64,000 nt of DNA from Squalus acanthias. Its lineage: Eukaryota. Under the pieces are notes generated by a model. The model was not told where the DNA came from. It did not search any database and saw nothing but the letters and a program-made list of their open reading frames with translations. This document shows, piece after piece, positions 50,401 to 63,084 of this stretch; the first letter of the stretch is position 1; each line of letters begins with the position of its first letter. Position numbers and translations under genes: made by a program. The stretch covers positions 100,132,001 to 100,196,000 of the forward strand of contig CM059431.1 of assembly GCA_030390025.1 (NCBI GenBank), in the 5' to 3' direction.

Positions 50401-52795
50401 CAACAACAACAACAACTTGTATTTATATAGCACCTTTAAAGTAGTAAAACGTCCCAAGGCACTTCACAGGAGTATTTTAAGATGAAAAATTTGAAACCGA
50501 TCCACATCAGGAGAAATTAGGGCAGGTGACCAAAAGCTTGTTCAGCGGAAGGTTTTGAGGAGCGTCTTAAAGGAGGAGAGAGAGGTAGTGAGGTGGAGAG
50601 GTTTAGGCAGGAAATTCCAGAGCTCAGGGCCGAGGCAACAGAAGGCACGGCCGCCAATGGTTGAGCGATTATAATCAGGGATGCTCAAGAGGGCAGAATT
50701 AGAGGAGCGCAGATATCTCTGGGGGTTGTGAGGCTGAAGGAGATTACAGAGATAGGGAGGGGCGAGGTCATGGAGGGATTTGAAAACTTGGATGAGAATT
50801 TTGAAATCGAGGCGCTGCTTAACCGGGAGCCAATGTAGGTCAGTGAGTACAGGGGTGATGGTTGAACGGGACTTGGTGCGAGTTAGGACACAGGCAGCCG
50901 AGTTTTGGATGACCTCAAGTTTACATAGGGTGGAATGTGGGAGGCCGGCCAGGAGTGCGTTGGAATAGTCAAGTCTAGAGGTAACAAAGGCATGGATGAG
51001 GGTTTCAGCAGCGAATGAGCTGAGGCAGGGGTGGAGACGGGCAATGTTACGGAGGTGGAAGTAGGCGGTCTTTGTTATGTTACGGTTATGTGGTCGGAAG
51101 CTCATTTCAGGGTCAAATATGACACCAAGGCTGCGAACAGTGTGGTTCAGCCTCAGACAGATGTTAGGGAGAGGGATGGAGTCAGTGGTTAGGGACCGAA
51201 AACAATGGCTTCGGTCCTCCCAATGTTTAATTGGAGAAAATTTCTGCTCATCCAGAACTGTATGTCGGACAAGCAGTCTGACAATTTAGAGACCGTGGAG
51301 GGGTCGAGAGAAGCGGTGGTGAGGTAGAGCTGGGTGTCGTCAGCGTACATGTGGAAACTGCCGCTGTGTTTTCGGATGATGTCGCCAAGGGGCAACATGT
51401 AGATGAGAAACAGAAGGGGGCCTAGGATAGATCCTTGGGGAACACCAGAGGTAACGATGCGGGAGCGGGAAGAGAAGCCGTTGCAGGTGATTCTCTGGCT
51501 ACGATTAGATAGATAAGAATGGATCCAGGCGAGTGTAGTCCCACCCAGCTGGATGACGGTGGAGCGGTGTTGGAGAAGGATGGAGTGGTCAACCGTGTCA
51601 AAGGCTGCAGTCATGTCAAGAAAGACGACGAGGGATAGTTTACCTTTGTCACATTCACAAAGGATGTCATTTGTGACTTTGATGAGAGCCGTTTCAGTAC
51701 TGTGACAGGGGCAGAAACCTGATTTGAGGGATTCAAACATGGAATTGCGGGAAAGATGGGCACGGATTTGGGACGCGACAACACATTCAAGGACTTTGGA
51801 GAGGAAAGGGAGGTTGGAGATGGGACAATAGCTTCAAGGACTAGGGATCAAGGCCTTTTTGAGGAGAGGGGTGATGACAGCAGATTTGAGGGAGAGGGGG
51901 ACAGTACCTAAGGAGAGAGAACCGTTAACAATATCAGCTAACTTGGGAGCCAGAAAAGGCAGTTGGGTGGTCAGCAGTTTGGTGGGAATAGGGTCGAGGG
52001 AGCAGGAGGTGGGTCTCATGGACAAGATGAGCGCGGAAAGGTCATGAGGGGAGATCGGAGAGAAACTGGAGAAAGATGTGAGTTCAGGGATAGGGCAGGG
52101 GTGAACCTTAGAGGAAGTTTGGCCCGGTGGGCTAGGGGAAGGAAGGACAGTGGCAGAGGCAGCTGAACAGATGGTCTCAATCTTAGAGACAAAGAAGTCC
52201 ATGAGCTCCTCACACTTGTTATCAGAGGTGAGGGTTGAGGAGACAGGGGAGAGGGGTTTATGAAGACGGTTAGCAGTAGAGAATAGAAGCCGGGGTTTAT
52301 CTTTGCATTCCAGAATGATTCTGGAATAGTGAGCAATTTTGGCAGACGAGAGCAGGACCCGATAATGCTTTATGTGGTCCAGTCAGATCTGGCGGTGAAT
52401 GGCTAAACCAGTTGTCCACCATATCCGTTCAAGTCTGCGTCCCTTGGACTTAAGGGAGCGAAGATGAGGGCCGTACCAGGGGGAACGGCCAGGGTGAGAG
52501 AGGGTAATTGTTTTAGTAGGGACTCGGGCATCAAAGATAGTGGTGAGGGTGTGGTTGAGCAGATCGGTAGCTGCAGAAATGTCATGGTGAATGGAGGGCC
52601 AAAGGCTGGACAGTTGGGATTTCATAAGTGCAGTTGTAAGACAGTTGGGGGAAAGTTTTTTCCAGGGGCGGACACAGAAGGAAGTAGGGTTGGGGGATGT
52701 GGGTGGAGAGCGATACGAGGAAATGGTCAGAGATGGCCTTATCTGCGATTGACACGATGGGAGTAGCGAGGCCACGAGAGATGGGAAGGTGAAGT
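50401..52795 (-). mobile_element. 2.4-kb decayed L2 LINE inserted into a plus CR1 fragment (50360-50400 and 52795-53000)
   Basis: HSTETALIKV, AAFDTVDH, GVPQGSILGP, YADDTQLY, SRLDYSNALL; CR1 TTTTACGCA...GTTATTGTGATCTGG resumes after it. Confidence 0.92.
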
Positions 52796-53002
52796 TATTG
52801 TGATCTGGAATGCGCTGCCTGAAAGGGCGATGGAAGCAGATTCGATAGTCACTTTCAAAAGGGAATTGGATAAATACTTGAAAAGGAGCATTTTGCAGGG
52901 CTCTGGGGAAAGCACAGGGGGAGTGGGACTAATTGGAGAGCTCTTTCAAAGAGCCGGCACAGGCACGATGGGCCGAATGGCCTCCTGTGCTGTATCATTC
53001 TT

Positions 53003-55355
53003 TGGGCTAAAAATGGGAGAGCACTAAAAACCTGCCAGTGCCTCCGTGGGCCGCAGTTAACAGCCGCCGAAATTAATAACGCTGGCAGCACCGGTATATT
53101 GGTGCTGCTTGCTAATTAACATTAGCGCAGTGCTAAACATACTGTGCAAGGCCGGTTTTCGGGAGGTAGTCTCAGCAGGAGGCCCAGTGTAGTGTGGCCA
53201 TAGCGTCATTGCAGCAAGAACAGCCTGCTCTTAAAGCACGGCTGTCATTTCAGAAAGCAGTGCAGTCCTTTAAAGGGGAACTGCCTTCTAAAACGAAAAA
53301 ATAAAAATCATTTAAAAATAGGCAGTTTTTAGCCTTTAGAGCTCAACTGACTTCTGGAAATAAAAGTTAAAAAGAATTCCCAAATGGGAGTCTTCAGTTC
53401 TTAAAGCTGAATTGCCTTCCACACCTTAAAAAATGGGAAAAGTGCTTCAGCACTAACACAAATGGTTCAGCAAGCCAGGGAAGGGCCACCCAGGCTCTCG
53501 CACGCAGCACTCCAGCTTTGTGCAGGGGGTTAACACTGCAAGAGAGGTCCTCTACCCACAGGGGCCAGGCTCCGGAAAGAACGATGTGGGAACACATCAC
53601 TGAGGCCGTCACTGCCAACAGTGTCGCCCCCACGACCTGGCTCCAGTGCCCAAAGAAGCTTCATGACCTCAGACCAGTGGTCAAGGTCAGTGAATGCATC
53701 TTCAAAAGCTGTCTCCTACCAACTGCACCACAAGCCTCGCACACTGCTCAATGCACAACTTCCCCCCACCCCCCCCCCCCCATTCACTCACCTACCAACA
53801 ATCTGTACCAAACATGAGGCACACCTCCCATTCCTAGCTTCACCTCACCCCCTTGGAGGAGATGGTGCTGGCCATTCTTGGCAGGGGCATGGCTGAGCCC
53901 TTGGCCAGCGGCGGGGCTGAAAGGATACAAGATGCTGGTATCCTCATATGTTATCCTCCTTCTCACATGCACCTCTTGTGTTCCTGCCCTCTCCTCACCA
54001 CAACTCCACCCTTGTGCCTTCCTCATTTCACACACCCAAGAAATGCAGCCTGCCCAGCCAGTGCTTGACCAAGAAGAGGGAGAGGAGAGTGAAGAAGAAG
54101 AAACACCGTTACTCAATTTCACACTCCCAGCCACCAGCTCCTCAAGGTTGATCAGCAAGGCGATTTGCAGTGAACCCCCACTGAAAGTCAGCAGCCTTCC
54201 ACCAGCCATGCTGCAGCCGCTGGGGTAGCACTGCGTGACATCGGTAGGATAAGCAAAGGCACACACAAGACAATTACGAAGGGAATGCATACGGGTGATG
54301 AGTTGATTTCTTGTTGTCATATTGGATGGATAGATGTATAAAGTTGGATTGGAAAGTTTGCTTTGTGGTAACTTTTATTTCAGCATTGTGGCCAAGAGGA
54401 CGCTGTGATGGTCAGTAACAGAGGGACGGTGTGGGACAAATGTTGAAAGTGGAATTGGGGTTGTGGTCACTGGTACTGCAGGCAGATGATTTCATCCCAG
54501 ATATCCCGGCCAGAAAGGGGCTGTCTGGGTTGCATCCTTCTACTTCCTCCTCTTCTGCGTCTTCCTCCTCTGCGAGTGGATGCTGGAAATCTAGAATAAA
54601 AGCATAAAATATTGAAAATACTCAGCAGGTGAGGCAGCTTCTCGACCTGAGACGTAAACTCTGTTTCTCTCTCCACGGATGCTGCCTGACCTGCTGAGTA
54701 TTTCCAGCATTTTCTATCTTCTCAAAGGCTTTCCTTAACTATCCAAGGCCTTGCAAGCATCCAGCAACACCCCTGCACATATTAAAGATCTTTTAACATG
54801 TATTGCACCAAGCCACTGTTTCAATAAACTATAAAAAATGCAATCCAAAAGCTTAAGTGCAAGCTTACCTGAAAGAAGTGTGTGTCCCTTTAAGAAGTGT
54901 GTGTCCCCTTAAGAAGTGCTGACAGCGTTTCTGTCGGTCTGCTGCACGCTCGCTTTTCAGAGCGAGCTTAGGATCCAGCGCTAAACTCGACACTAGGGTC
55001 GAAGTTGGCAAGGCCATTTGCAGTGTTCTTCACTGAAAGTCAGCAGCCTTCCACCAGCCATGCTGCAGCCACTGGGGTAGCACTGCGTGACATCAGTAGG
55101 AGAGTCAAAGGCACACACAAGGCAGTCACTAAGGGAATGCATAAGGGTGATGAGTTGATTTCTTGATGTCATATTGGATGGATAGATGCATATTTGCAAG
55201 TCCAGGCCAGCGCTGCTATCGGCAGTGCTGAGGCCCTCGCTAAAATGGCGGTCGCCGAGTCCCGCGCCAGAGGCGGGCGTTAGAGCGGCTGCCGCCATTT
55301 TTTTCCAGGATTGCGGGGCAAATGGGTGGCGGTAAGTAGCCCAATTTCCAGCCCC
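53003..55355. mobile_element. Degenerate PIF/Harbinger transposon with a Myb/SANT-like gene remnant (+) and a probable transposase C-terminus remnant (-)
   Basis: Imperfect TIR GGGCTAAAAATGGG / CCCAATTTCCAGCCC; 53485-53685 gives WEHITEAVTANSVAPTTWLQCPKKLHDL then aag|gtcagt; minus 54467-54570 ends RQPLSGRDIWDEIICLQYQ* after an acidic stretch. Confidence 0.72.
54578..54715. mobile_element. Penelope-like remnant in inverted-repeat configuration, nested in the Harbinger element
   Basis: AAATACTCAGCAGGT.AGGCAGC / GCTGCCTGACCTGCTGAGTATTT arms. Confidence 0.65.
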
Positions 55356-55829
55356 AGCTGTTTGGTGCAGGGAGAAAGTGAGGCACTGGTCCCTTCGGGC
55401 TTGTCATAGCTTTGAAGGAAAGGAGTCCTGTTGGAAGACTGATTGAAGATTTGTTGATGACTAGAGGATTTCTTAATGTATGTGCCAGGTGAGCTAATTG
55501 CTGTTTACCATTGCTGCTATCAGCTAAACCATATCGTGCCAGCACGTGTTCCACCAATTTATTTCATGTACTGGGGCCTGGATCCCCAATGTTCCTTCGA
55601 TGCTTCAGTGGAGAACCCAGCTTCCAGGATCATCGCACAGGAGGGAAGGGAATGGTATCGAGGGCTGTGGCACAGTTGTAAACATCAGATTAGTAAGACA
55701 AAAATCTCTCCGTTCTTTTAGAGAAACATTTTCAGCATTTGATATGAAAGTAAGATTTTTTACAGAATATAATCATTTTTAAAAGCTAGCAAGCAAGGCT
55801 AGACCAGATCTAACCTCAATCCTAAATCT

Positions 55830-56280
55830 TCAAGGCTTAAGTTACGAGGAGTGATTACACAAACTTGGGTTGTATTCCCTGGAATTGAGAAGGTTAAGGG
55901 GTGATCTGATCGAAGTTTTCAGGATATTAAGGGGAACAGATAGGGTAGATAGAGAGAAACTATTTCCACTGGTTGGGGATTGTAGGACGAGGGGGCATAG
56001 TCTAAAAATTAGAACCAGACCTTTCAGGAGTGAAATTAGGAAACACTTCTACACACAAAGGGTGGTAGAAGTTTGGAACTCTCTTCCTCAAACAGCAATC
56101 GATGCTAGATCAATTGTTAAGTTTAAATCGGAGTTGATAGCTTTCTGTTAACCAGCGGTATTAAGGGATATGGGGCAGAGGCGGGTATATGGAGTTAGGT
56201 CGCAGATCAGCCATGATTTCATTGAATGGCGGAACAGGTTCGAGGGGCTCGATAGCCTCCTCCTGCTCCTACGTTCCTAT
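55830..56280 (+). mobile_element. CR1 3' fragment
   Basis: YSLELRRLRGDLIEVFRI. Confidence 0.88.
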
Positions 56281-56989
56281 CTAGTCCCAGACTAACCATC
56301 TATTTCATTGCTTCTATAATTAAAATATTTCTATCAGGAATCACTTGCAAGCAGTTTTCCCCGATCTTCAATTCTAAATGAAATAAGCTATTCATCAGTC
56401 TCCTTATGGTCTCCAAATTGCAAGTCATTCTAACTCAGTTTGATTTCAGTAAAGGAATGTTCATATTTTGCTTGATTGCAGTGCTGCCTTGATCAGAAGC
56501 CCAGTTTTGGCTCTCTCTCAAAAATTGTTTTATAACGAAGATTTACTGTATTAACGATCCCAGGCATTGCAGATATGACAAAGGATGACATCGCACTGTC
56601 ATTGTAAAATTGAATTATACAGCCAGAAAGGATTAAAATGTATTCATAACATATTTCAAAGTTGTGTAATCTCCCTTCTTTAACCTTTACTTTTATTTCT
56701 CCCTATGTCATTTTTCCCCCCACTTTCTTTAGATTGGAAATTGTCTCTCGAGCTGTACATATTTAGGATAAATCCCTTTCTTCTGTCATTGTTCATTTCC
56801 TTGGACCTTGGCCTAAAATGGGACACTTTCTGCAGAACCTGAAGCAATAGAATGACCTTCCTCCACCACTTTCTGTTATTGTTCATTCACAGAGCCACAA
56901 AGGCAGGCCCGCTTTGCTTGCAGTCAGGCTGGCCAGCCATTAACCTGCTGACTCCTGTATATACCAGTGCTTGTCAGATGTTTCAAGCA

Positions 56990-57745
56990 TAAACTCTCTT
57001 CCCTCAAAAACGCTGTTGAGGCTGGGGTAGGTCAGTTGAAAATTTCAAGACTGAGGTCGACAGATTCAGTTAGATCACGGCTGATCTGTATCTTAACTCC
57101 ATCTACCCGCCTTGGTTCCGTAACCCTTAATACCCTCGCCTGACAAAAATCTCTCAATCTCCGTTTTGAAATTTCCAATTGTCCCCCAGCCTCGGCAACT
57201 TTTTGGGGGAGGGAGTTCCAGATTTCCACCACCCTTTGTGTGAAGAAGTGCTTCCTGACATCACCCCTGAACGGCCTGGCTCTAATTTTAAGGTGATGCC
57301 TCCTTGTTCTGGACTCCCCCCCACCAGAGGAAATAGTTTCTCTCTCTCTACCCTATCAACTCCTTTAATCATCTTAAACACCTCGATTAGATCACCCCTT
57401 AATCTTCTACACTCGAGGGAATACAAGCCTAGTCTGTGCAACCTGTCCTCGTAATTTAACCTTTTTAGCCCCAGTATCATTCTGGTGAATCTGCGCTGCC
57501 CCCCCATCCAAGGCCAATATATCCTTCCTGAGGTGCGGGGCCCAGAACTGAACACAGTGTCCAGATGTGGGTCTGACCAGAGCTCTGTACAGCTGAAGCA
57601 TCGCTTCCTCCCCTTTGTATCCCGGCCCCATTGAGATAAAGACCAACATTCCATTAGCCTTCTAGATTATTATTTTTTGTGCCTGTCCACGAGCTTTTAG
57701 TGATTTCTGTACTTGGACCCCTAAATCTCTCCGCTCCTCCAATGT
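56990..57745 (-). mobile_element. CR1 3' fragment
   Basis: YEDRLHRLGLYSLECRRLRGDLIEVFK. Confidence 0.88.
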
Positions 57746-58129
57746 TCCTCTCTCGATTGGAATGAATATTTGATGATCTTGAGGGTTCAGTTTCAATCCT
57801 TTAGTACACAGCCAGCACACCACTGCGAGTTGGGCGGGACAAGGGGCACTTGGAAAAGAGTCCACAGAGCATCATAGGCGGTGGGTAAACAGCAAAAACT
57901 GGCGGGTAGGGATCATAAATTTTTTTTAAAGCGTGTCCTGCTACTTGCAAAACAGCTCGGGTACTTTGATTGTCAACTCACGGAACCTAGAAAGAAATTT
58001 AACCTCTGGGAAACTGGTAAACAAAATTTCCAGTACGTCAACGTACTACTGTCTAATCCATGAAATATTCCAGTATTGTGTTCTTTTATTAACCACGTTT
58101 CCTCAGTTCAAAAAGTTTATCATTAAAAA

Positions 58130-58620
58130 TTACGTCGAATTTGCAGCACAGAAACAGGCCATTCGGCCCAACTGGTCCGTGCCGGTGTTTCTGCCCCACA
58201 CGAGCCTCCTCCCACCCCTCTTCATCTCACCCTATCAGCATATCCTTCGATTCCTTTCCCCCTCATGAACATAGACGTAGAGAAGATGTTTCCACTTGTG
58301 GGGGAGACCAAAACTAGAGGCCATAAATATAAGATATTTATTAACTAATAAATCCAATCGGGAATTCAGGAGAAACCTCTTTACTCAGAGAGAGTGGTGA
58401 GAATGTGGAACTCACTCCCACAGGGAGTGGTTGAGGCAAAAAGCAAAGATACATTTAAGGAAAACCTTATTATCATTTTAAAGACCTCTATCCGGTCACA
58501 CCTCGGTCTTCTCTTACTTCATCTCACCCCATCAACATCTCCAATTCATTTCTCCTTCATGTACTTATCTAGCTTGTCCTAAATGAATCTATGCTATTCG
58601 CCTTAACCACTCCTTGTGAT
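58130..58620 (-). mobile_element. Rearranged CR1 3' fragment with an internal inversion (about 58270-58460)
   Basis: Same minus/plus/minus order as 39330-39730. Confidence 0.75.
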
Positions 58621-59089
58621 AGCATGGCTTTTGATTCATTTGAATCATTGGTTGTTACTTGAGAACACTTTGTTTTCTGTTCTTTAAAAGAAAAGGAAAC
58701 TTGTAGAGATCACTAATAGCAGACTGGCGTGCCAACAGGCTTAAGTAAAAAAAAAGATTTAAAAATGCTAATTAATCGCAACAGTGGTGTGATGTGGGAG
58801 TCCCAAGATGTTTGTCTATGTGAGAACTTGCTGTGAAAGCTATTGATATGGAAATGAAGGCTTTGGTTTAACCTACATTATCTGCATCGAGAGAGTGACA
58901 ATCATGCTTAGGTACCCATGCACTACCTAAAATTCTTCACCATTCGATGTCTGCAACAATTACCTTACACAGGCACTTGGAACATCGGTTGTGCCTTTTG
59001 GATTAAGTGCAGTGAAATGTACTGGACCAAGAAACATCATTGCAATCCATCCAAGCAACCATTCCCCAAAAGTTCAATTTAATTTATTG

Positions 59090-60085
59090 TAGAATCATGC
59101 AGCATAGAAGGAGGCCATTGGGCCCATCGTGCCTGTGAACGAGCTCTCCAATTAGTCCCACTCCCCCCTGCTCTTTCCCCACAGCCCCGCAAACTTTTTC
59201 TTTTCCAGTATTTATCCAACTCCCTCTTGAAAGTTATTGTTGAATGTGCTTCCACCGCCCTTTCAGGAAAATTACTTTGTGATTCTATATAGCATCTTTT
59301 TTCATCTCCAGAGAGAAAAGGTTATGATTGCCAAAAAAGTGTCTGTAATTGGGATTTTTACAGCGAGGATGTTGGGAGGGTTGTCCAGAGGGATTTGAGT
59401 GTCCTTGTGCAGGGATCACAGAAAGTTAACATGCAATTAGGAAGGCCAATGGTATGTTGTCCTTTATTGCAAGGGGGGTTGGAGTACAAGAGTAAGGAAG
59501 CCTTGCTGCAATTGTACAGGGCCTTGGTGAGACCACATCTGGTCCCGGAGTGCTGTGTACAGTTTTGGTCTCCGTACCTAAAGAAGGATATACTTGCCTT
59601 CGAGGGAGTGCAATGAAGGTTCATTAGATTGATTTCAGGGATGGGGGGTTTGTCCTATGAGGAGAGATTGAGTAGAATGGGTCTATATTCTCTAGAGTTT
59701 AGAAGAATGAGAGGTGATCTCCTAAAATTCTTACGGGGCTTGACAGGGTAGATGCTGGGAGGATGTTTCCCCTGGCTGGGGAGTCTAGAACCAGGAGTCA
59801 CAGTCTCAGAATAAGCGGTCGGCCATTTAGGACTGAGATGAGGAGAAATCTCTTCACTCAGAGGGTGGTGAATCTTTGGAATTCTCTACCCCAGAGGTCA
59901 GTGGAGGCTCAGTCGTTGAGTATATTCAAGACAGAGATCGATTTTTGGACTCTAGAGGAATCAAGGGATAGAGGGATCGGGCGGGAAAGTGGAGTTGAGG
60001 TAGAAGATCAGCCATGATCTTATTGAATGGTGGAGCAGGCTCGAGGGGCTGAATGGCCGACTCCTGCTCCTATTTCTTCTGTTCT
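59090..60085. mobile_element. CR1 fragments (59090-59270 minus; 59385-60085 plus)
   Basis: [26 protein letters not shown]. Confidence 0.85.
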
Positions 60086-60257
60086 TACGAATTCCTGACT
60101 TGAAAGCCAAATGCCAATATTGTAAGCTGTATGGTTGAAAAGCAGAATACACTTCCCATTATCGGCAAATTCTTAGTCTGTTCTAAGTTGCTGTGCTAAC
60201 CACTAAACTCTTCCCCTTCTGAAGATCTCACATGTAAAACTCTTTTAAGGTTGTATA

Positions 60258-61265
60258 AAGCATAACTAAGAACGCCTATTTCCACCTCCATAACATCGCC
60301 CATCTCCATCCTTGCCTCAGCTCATCCGACTGCTGAAACCCTCATCCCTGCCTTTGTTACCTCTAGACTTGACTATTCCAACACACTCCTGGCTGGCCTC
60401 CCACATTCTACCTGACATAAACTTGAGGTCATCCAAAACTCGGCTGCCCGTGTCCTAACTCGCACCAAGTCCCGTTCACCCATCACCCCCTGTGCTCGCT
60501 AACCTACATTGGCTCCAGGTTAAGCAACGCCTCGATTTCAAAATTCTCATCCTTGTTTTCAAATCCCTTCATGGCCTCGCCCCTCCCTATCTCTGTAACC
60601 TCCTTCAGCCCACAACTACCCCGAGATGTCTGCGCTCCTCTAATTCTGCTCTCTTGAGCATCCCTGATTATAATCGTTCAACCATTGGTGGCCTTCTGTT
60701 GCCTAGGCCCTAAGCTCTGGAATTCCCTGCCTAAACCTCTCCGCCTCTCTACCTCTCTCCTCCTTTAAGACGCTCCTTAAAACCTACATCTTTGACCAAG
60801 CTTTTGGTCACCTGCCCTAATTTCTCCTTATGTGGCTCGGTGTCAAATTTTCTGTTTTTTAATACTCCTGTGAAGCGCCTTGGGACGTTTTACTACGTTA
60901 AAGGCGCTATATAAATACAAGTTGTTGTTGTTTTTGAAGCTAGATAAGTACATGAGGGAGAAAGGAATAGAAGGTTATGCTGATAGTCTACTCCTGCTCC
61001 TATCTTCTATGTTTCTATCTTAAAGCTAAAGGTATCAAGGGATATGGGGAGAGGTCAGATACAGGGTACTGAGTTTGGATGATCAGCCATGATCTCATCG
61101 AATGGCGGAGCAGGCTCGAGGGGCCGAATGGCCTACTCCTGCTCCTATCTTCTATGTTTCTAGTGTTAGATGAAGAGAGGTGGGAGGAGGCTCGTGTGGA
61201 GTATAAACAGTGGCACGGACTGGTTGGGCCGAATGGCCTGTTTCTGTGCTGTAAATTCGATGTAA
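60258..61265 (+). mobile_element. L2 3' fragment (60258-60931) followed by nested CR1 tails
   Basis: LHWLQVKQRLDFKIL; tail AAAGGCGCTATATAAATACAAG(TTG)n. Confidence 0.85.
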
Positions 61266-61625
61266 TATCGATAATAATATACCACCTGGATTACTTCTTG
61301 AAAAAGCTCGTATTGTATATTAATGTGATACCGAGGGTGCTTGAAAAATGTTTTAAATTGGCTCTTAGCTCTGGAAACATGAAGTGGGGAGGTGTATGTC
61401 AATCACAGAGGTACTTGATGTCAAATGCAGTACAGATTCTCTGAACATTTTAATGAGTTTCTATTCTGGTATTTGATTTTTTTTTAAAGCATGGCTGCAT
61501 CTGTGAGTGCAGAATTATGCAAATCTTTGTCAATTTTGTGAAGAGGGTTTGTGCGTTACTCGTATTTAAAGCGGCACCGAGTGAGAAATATTACCACGAG
61601 CGTTGTCTACCATATTTTAACTCTT

Positions 61626-63075
61626 TGGCTGCAATTTCGCCGACCGGAGCGGGTCCGGGGCGGCCGGGGTCGTTAGCGCGGTCCCAGCCCGCTCCCAGCT
61701 CCAGTCCGCTCTGTTGAAGTGGTTTTGCGATGATTGGAGACGAACGCAGTCTGGTTGCACATTGTACAGGAGGGCACAAGCAGGGATGTCGTTAGGAGGA
61801 CCAGGCTGCAGTGGCGTAAACCTTTCAATGATCGCAGTAGATCGTGAAACGTTACTGCAAAACCACACTCAACCTCATCCTGCTGTGCCACTCATCACAT
61901 CCCCATCACTCTGCCTTCCCTACCCTACTCCTGCACATCCTTACTCACACCAGCTTACCTTGCACCTCCACCCATCCCGCTCTCTATCTACATTATCACT
62001 TCCCCATCTCACTAGCCAACCCTCATACTCACCCTCGTCCTACTGCAAGCATACCAACTAACAACACACAAGGGTAGGCACTTGAGAGGTTTAGCCAATG
62101 TTCATGTAAAGTTTCTGTTAATGTGCTGTCAAACATTGAAAACTTTATTTTCAACACTTTGCGTTCTTGGACAGATTTGTGTGCACCTTTGGAAGTGGAT
62201 TAGTGAGTTGTAGTGAATGGTGAGACATAATGGTATCGCCTCCCCCTCTCCCCCCCCCCACCCTGGCTATGGTGATGAGTGTGAAAGGAATGGCTTGGAC
62301 ATTGTAGGAATGCTTTATGGTGTTGGTGTGGGGTAGTGCCAACCTGGTGCATCATGTGGCAGCCAGGGTGTACAGTGTCAAGTGAAGTAAATCTGGCTAG
62401 GGTGAGGCCATCCCTGGCCTCCCGGGCAGCAATGTGCTCGGGTGCTGATGCCCTGTGTCCTGTGCCGCATCAGTTGATTGCAGAGAAGGTTGGTGTTGTT
62501 GTTGGTGCTGCTGGTGTTGGGGCTGATCATGATCAGATTCTGAGGACCAAGGTGAGATTTTTTCAAGGGCACCGATGCTGATGAAATAGATGGCAGGTGA
62601 GGTTGAGATGACAGAAGCGATCTGTCAATGGTGAGAGAGGTTGTTCCAATGAGGTGACATTGGATGGAGAGTTTGCTCCAAACACTTGCAACCTGCATAA
62701 AGCTCAATCTGTCTTCCAAATGCAGTTACCAACAGCTTCTAACCTTGGAAAGTGAAGACCTATGAAATGGGAGCTTTTATAGACCATTTGCAGCTGTCAA
62801 GTTAGTAAATCATCCCATGCTGACACAACACCCGACCTCCTTACCTGACGTGATCCCCGAGCAATGGGGAAGCCGTTGACGAACTCTAAAAATCTAAAGG
62901 TGAGCTTATAATAATACTTAATTATCTCTTAACAATCCAGCTAATGATCTAAATTGCCCCACCCCCCGCCCCCCGATCATACAAGGCTTCTCCAGTAGAG
63001 AACCCTGAGGCCCTTTCTGGGATGAAGAAATTGGGCAGTGGTTTTCGATCTTCACCTCTCAACGGACCACTGGGG
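61626..63075. mobile_element. Second degenerate Harbinger-like element with a Myb/SANT-like remnant
   Basis: TIR-like GGCTGCAATTTCG; 61752-61847 reads WLHIVQEGTSRDVVRRTRLQWRKPFNDRSRS*; minus about 62400-62436 HIAAREARDGLT resembles a transposase C-terminus. Right end not seen. Confidence 0.55.
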
Positions 63076-63084
63076 CTCTAATCT

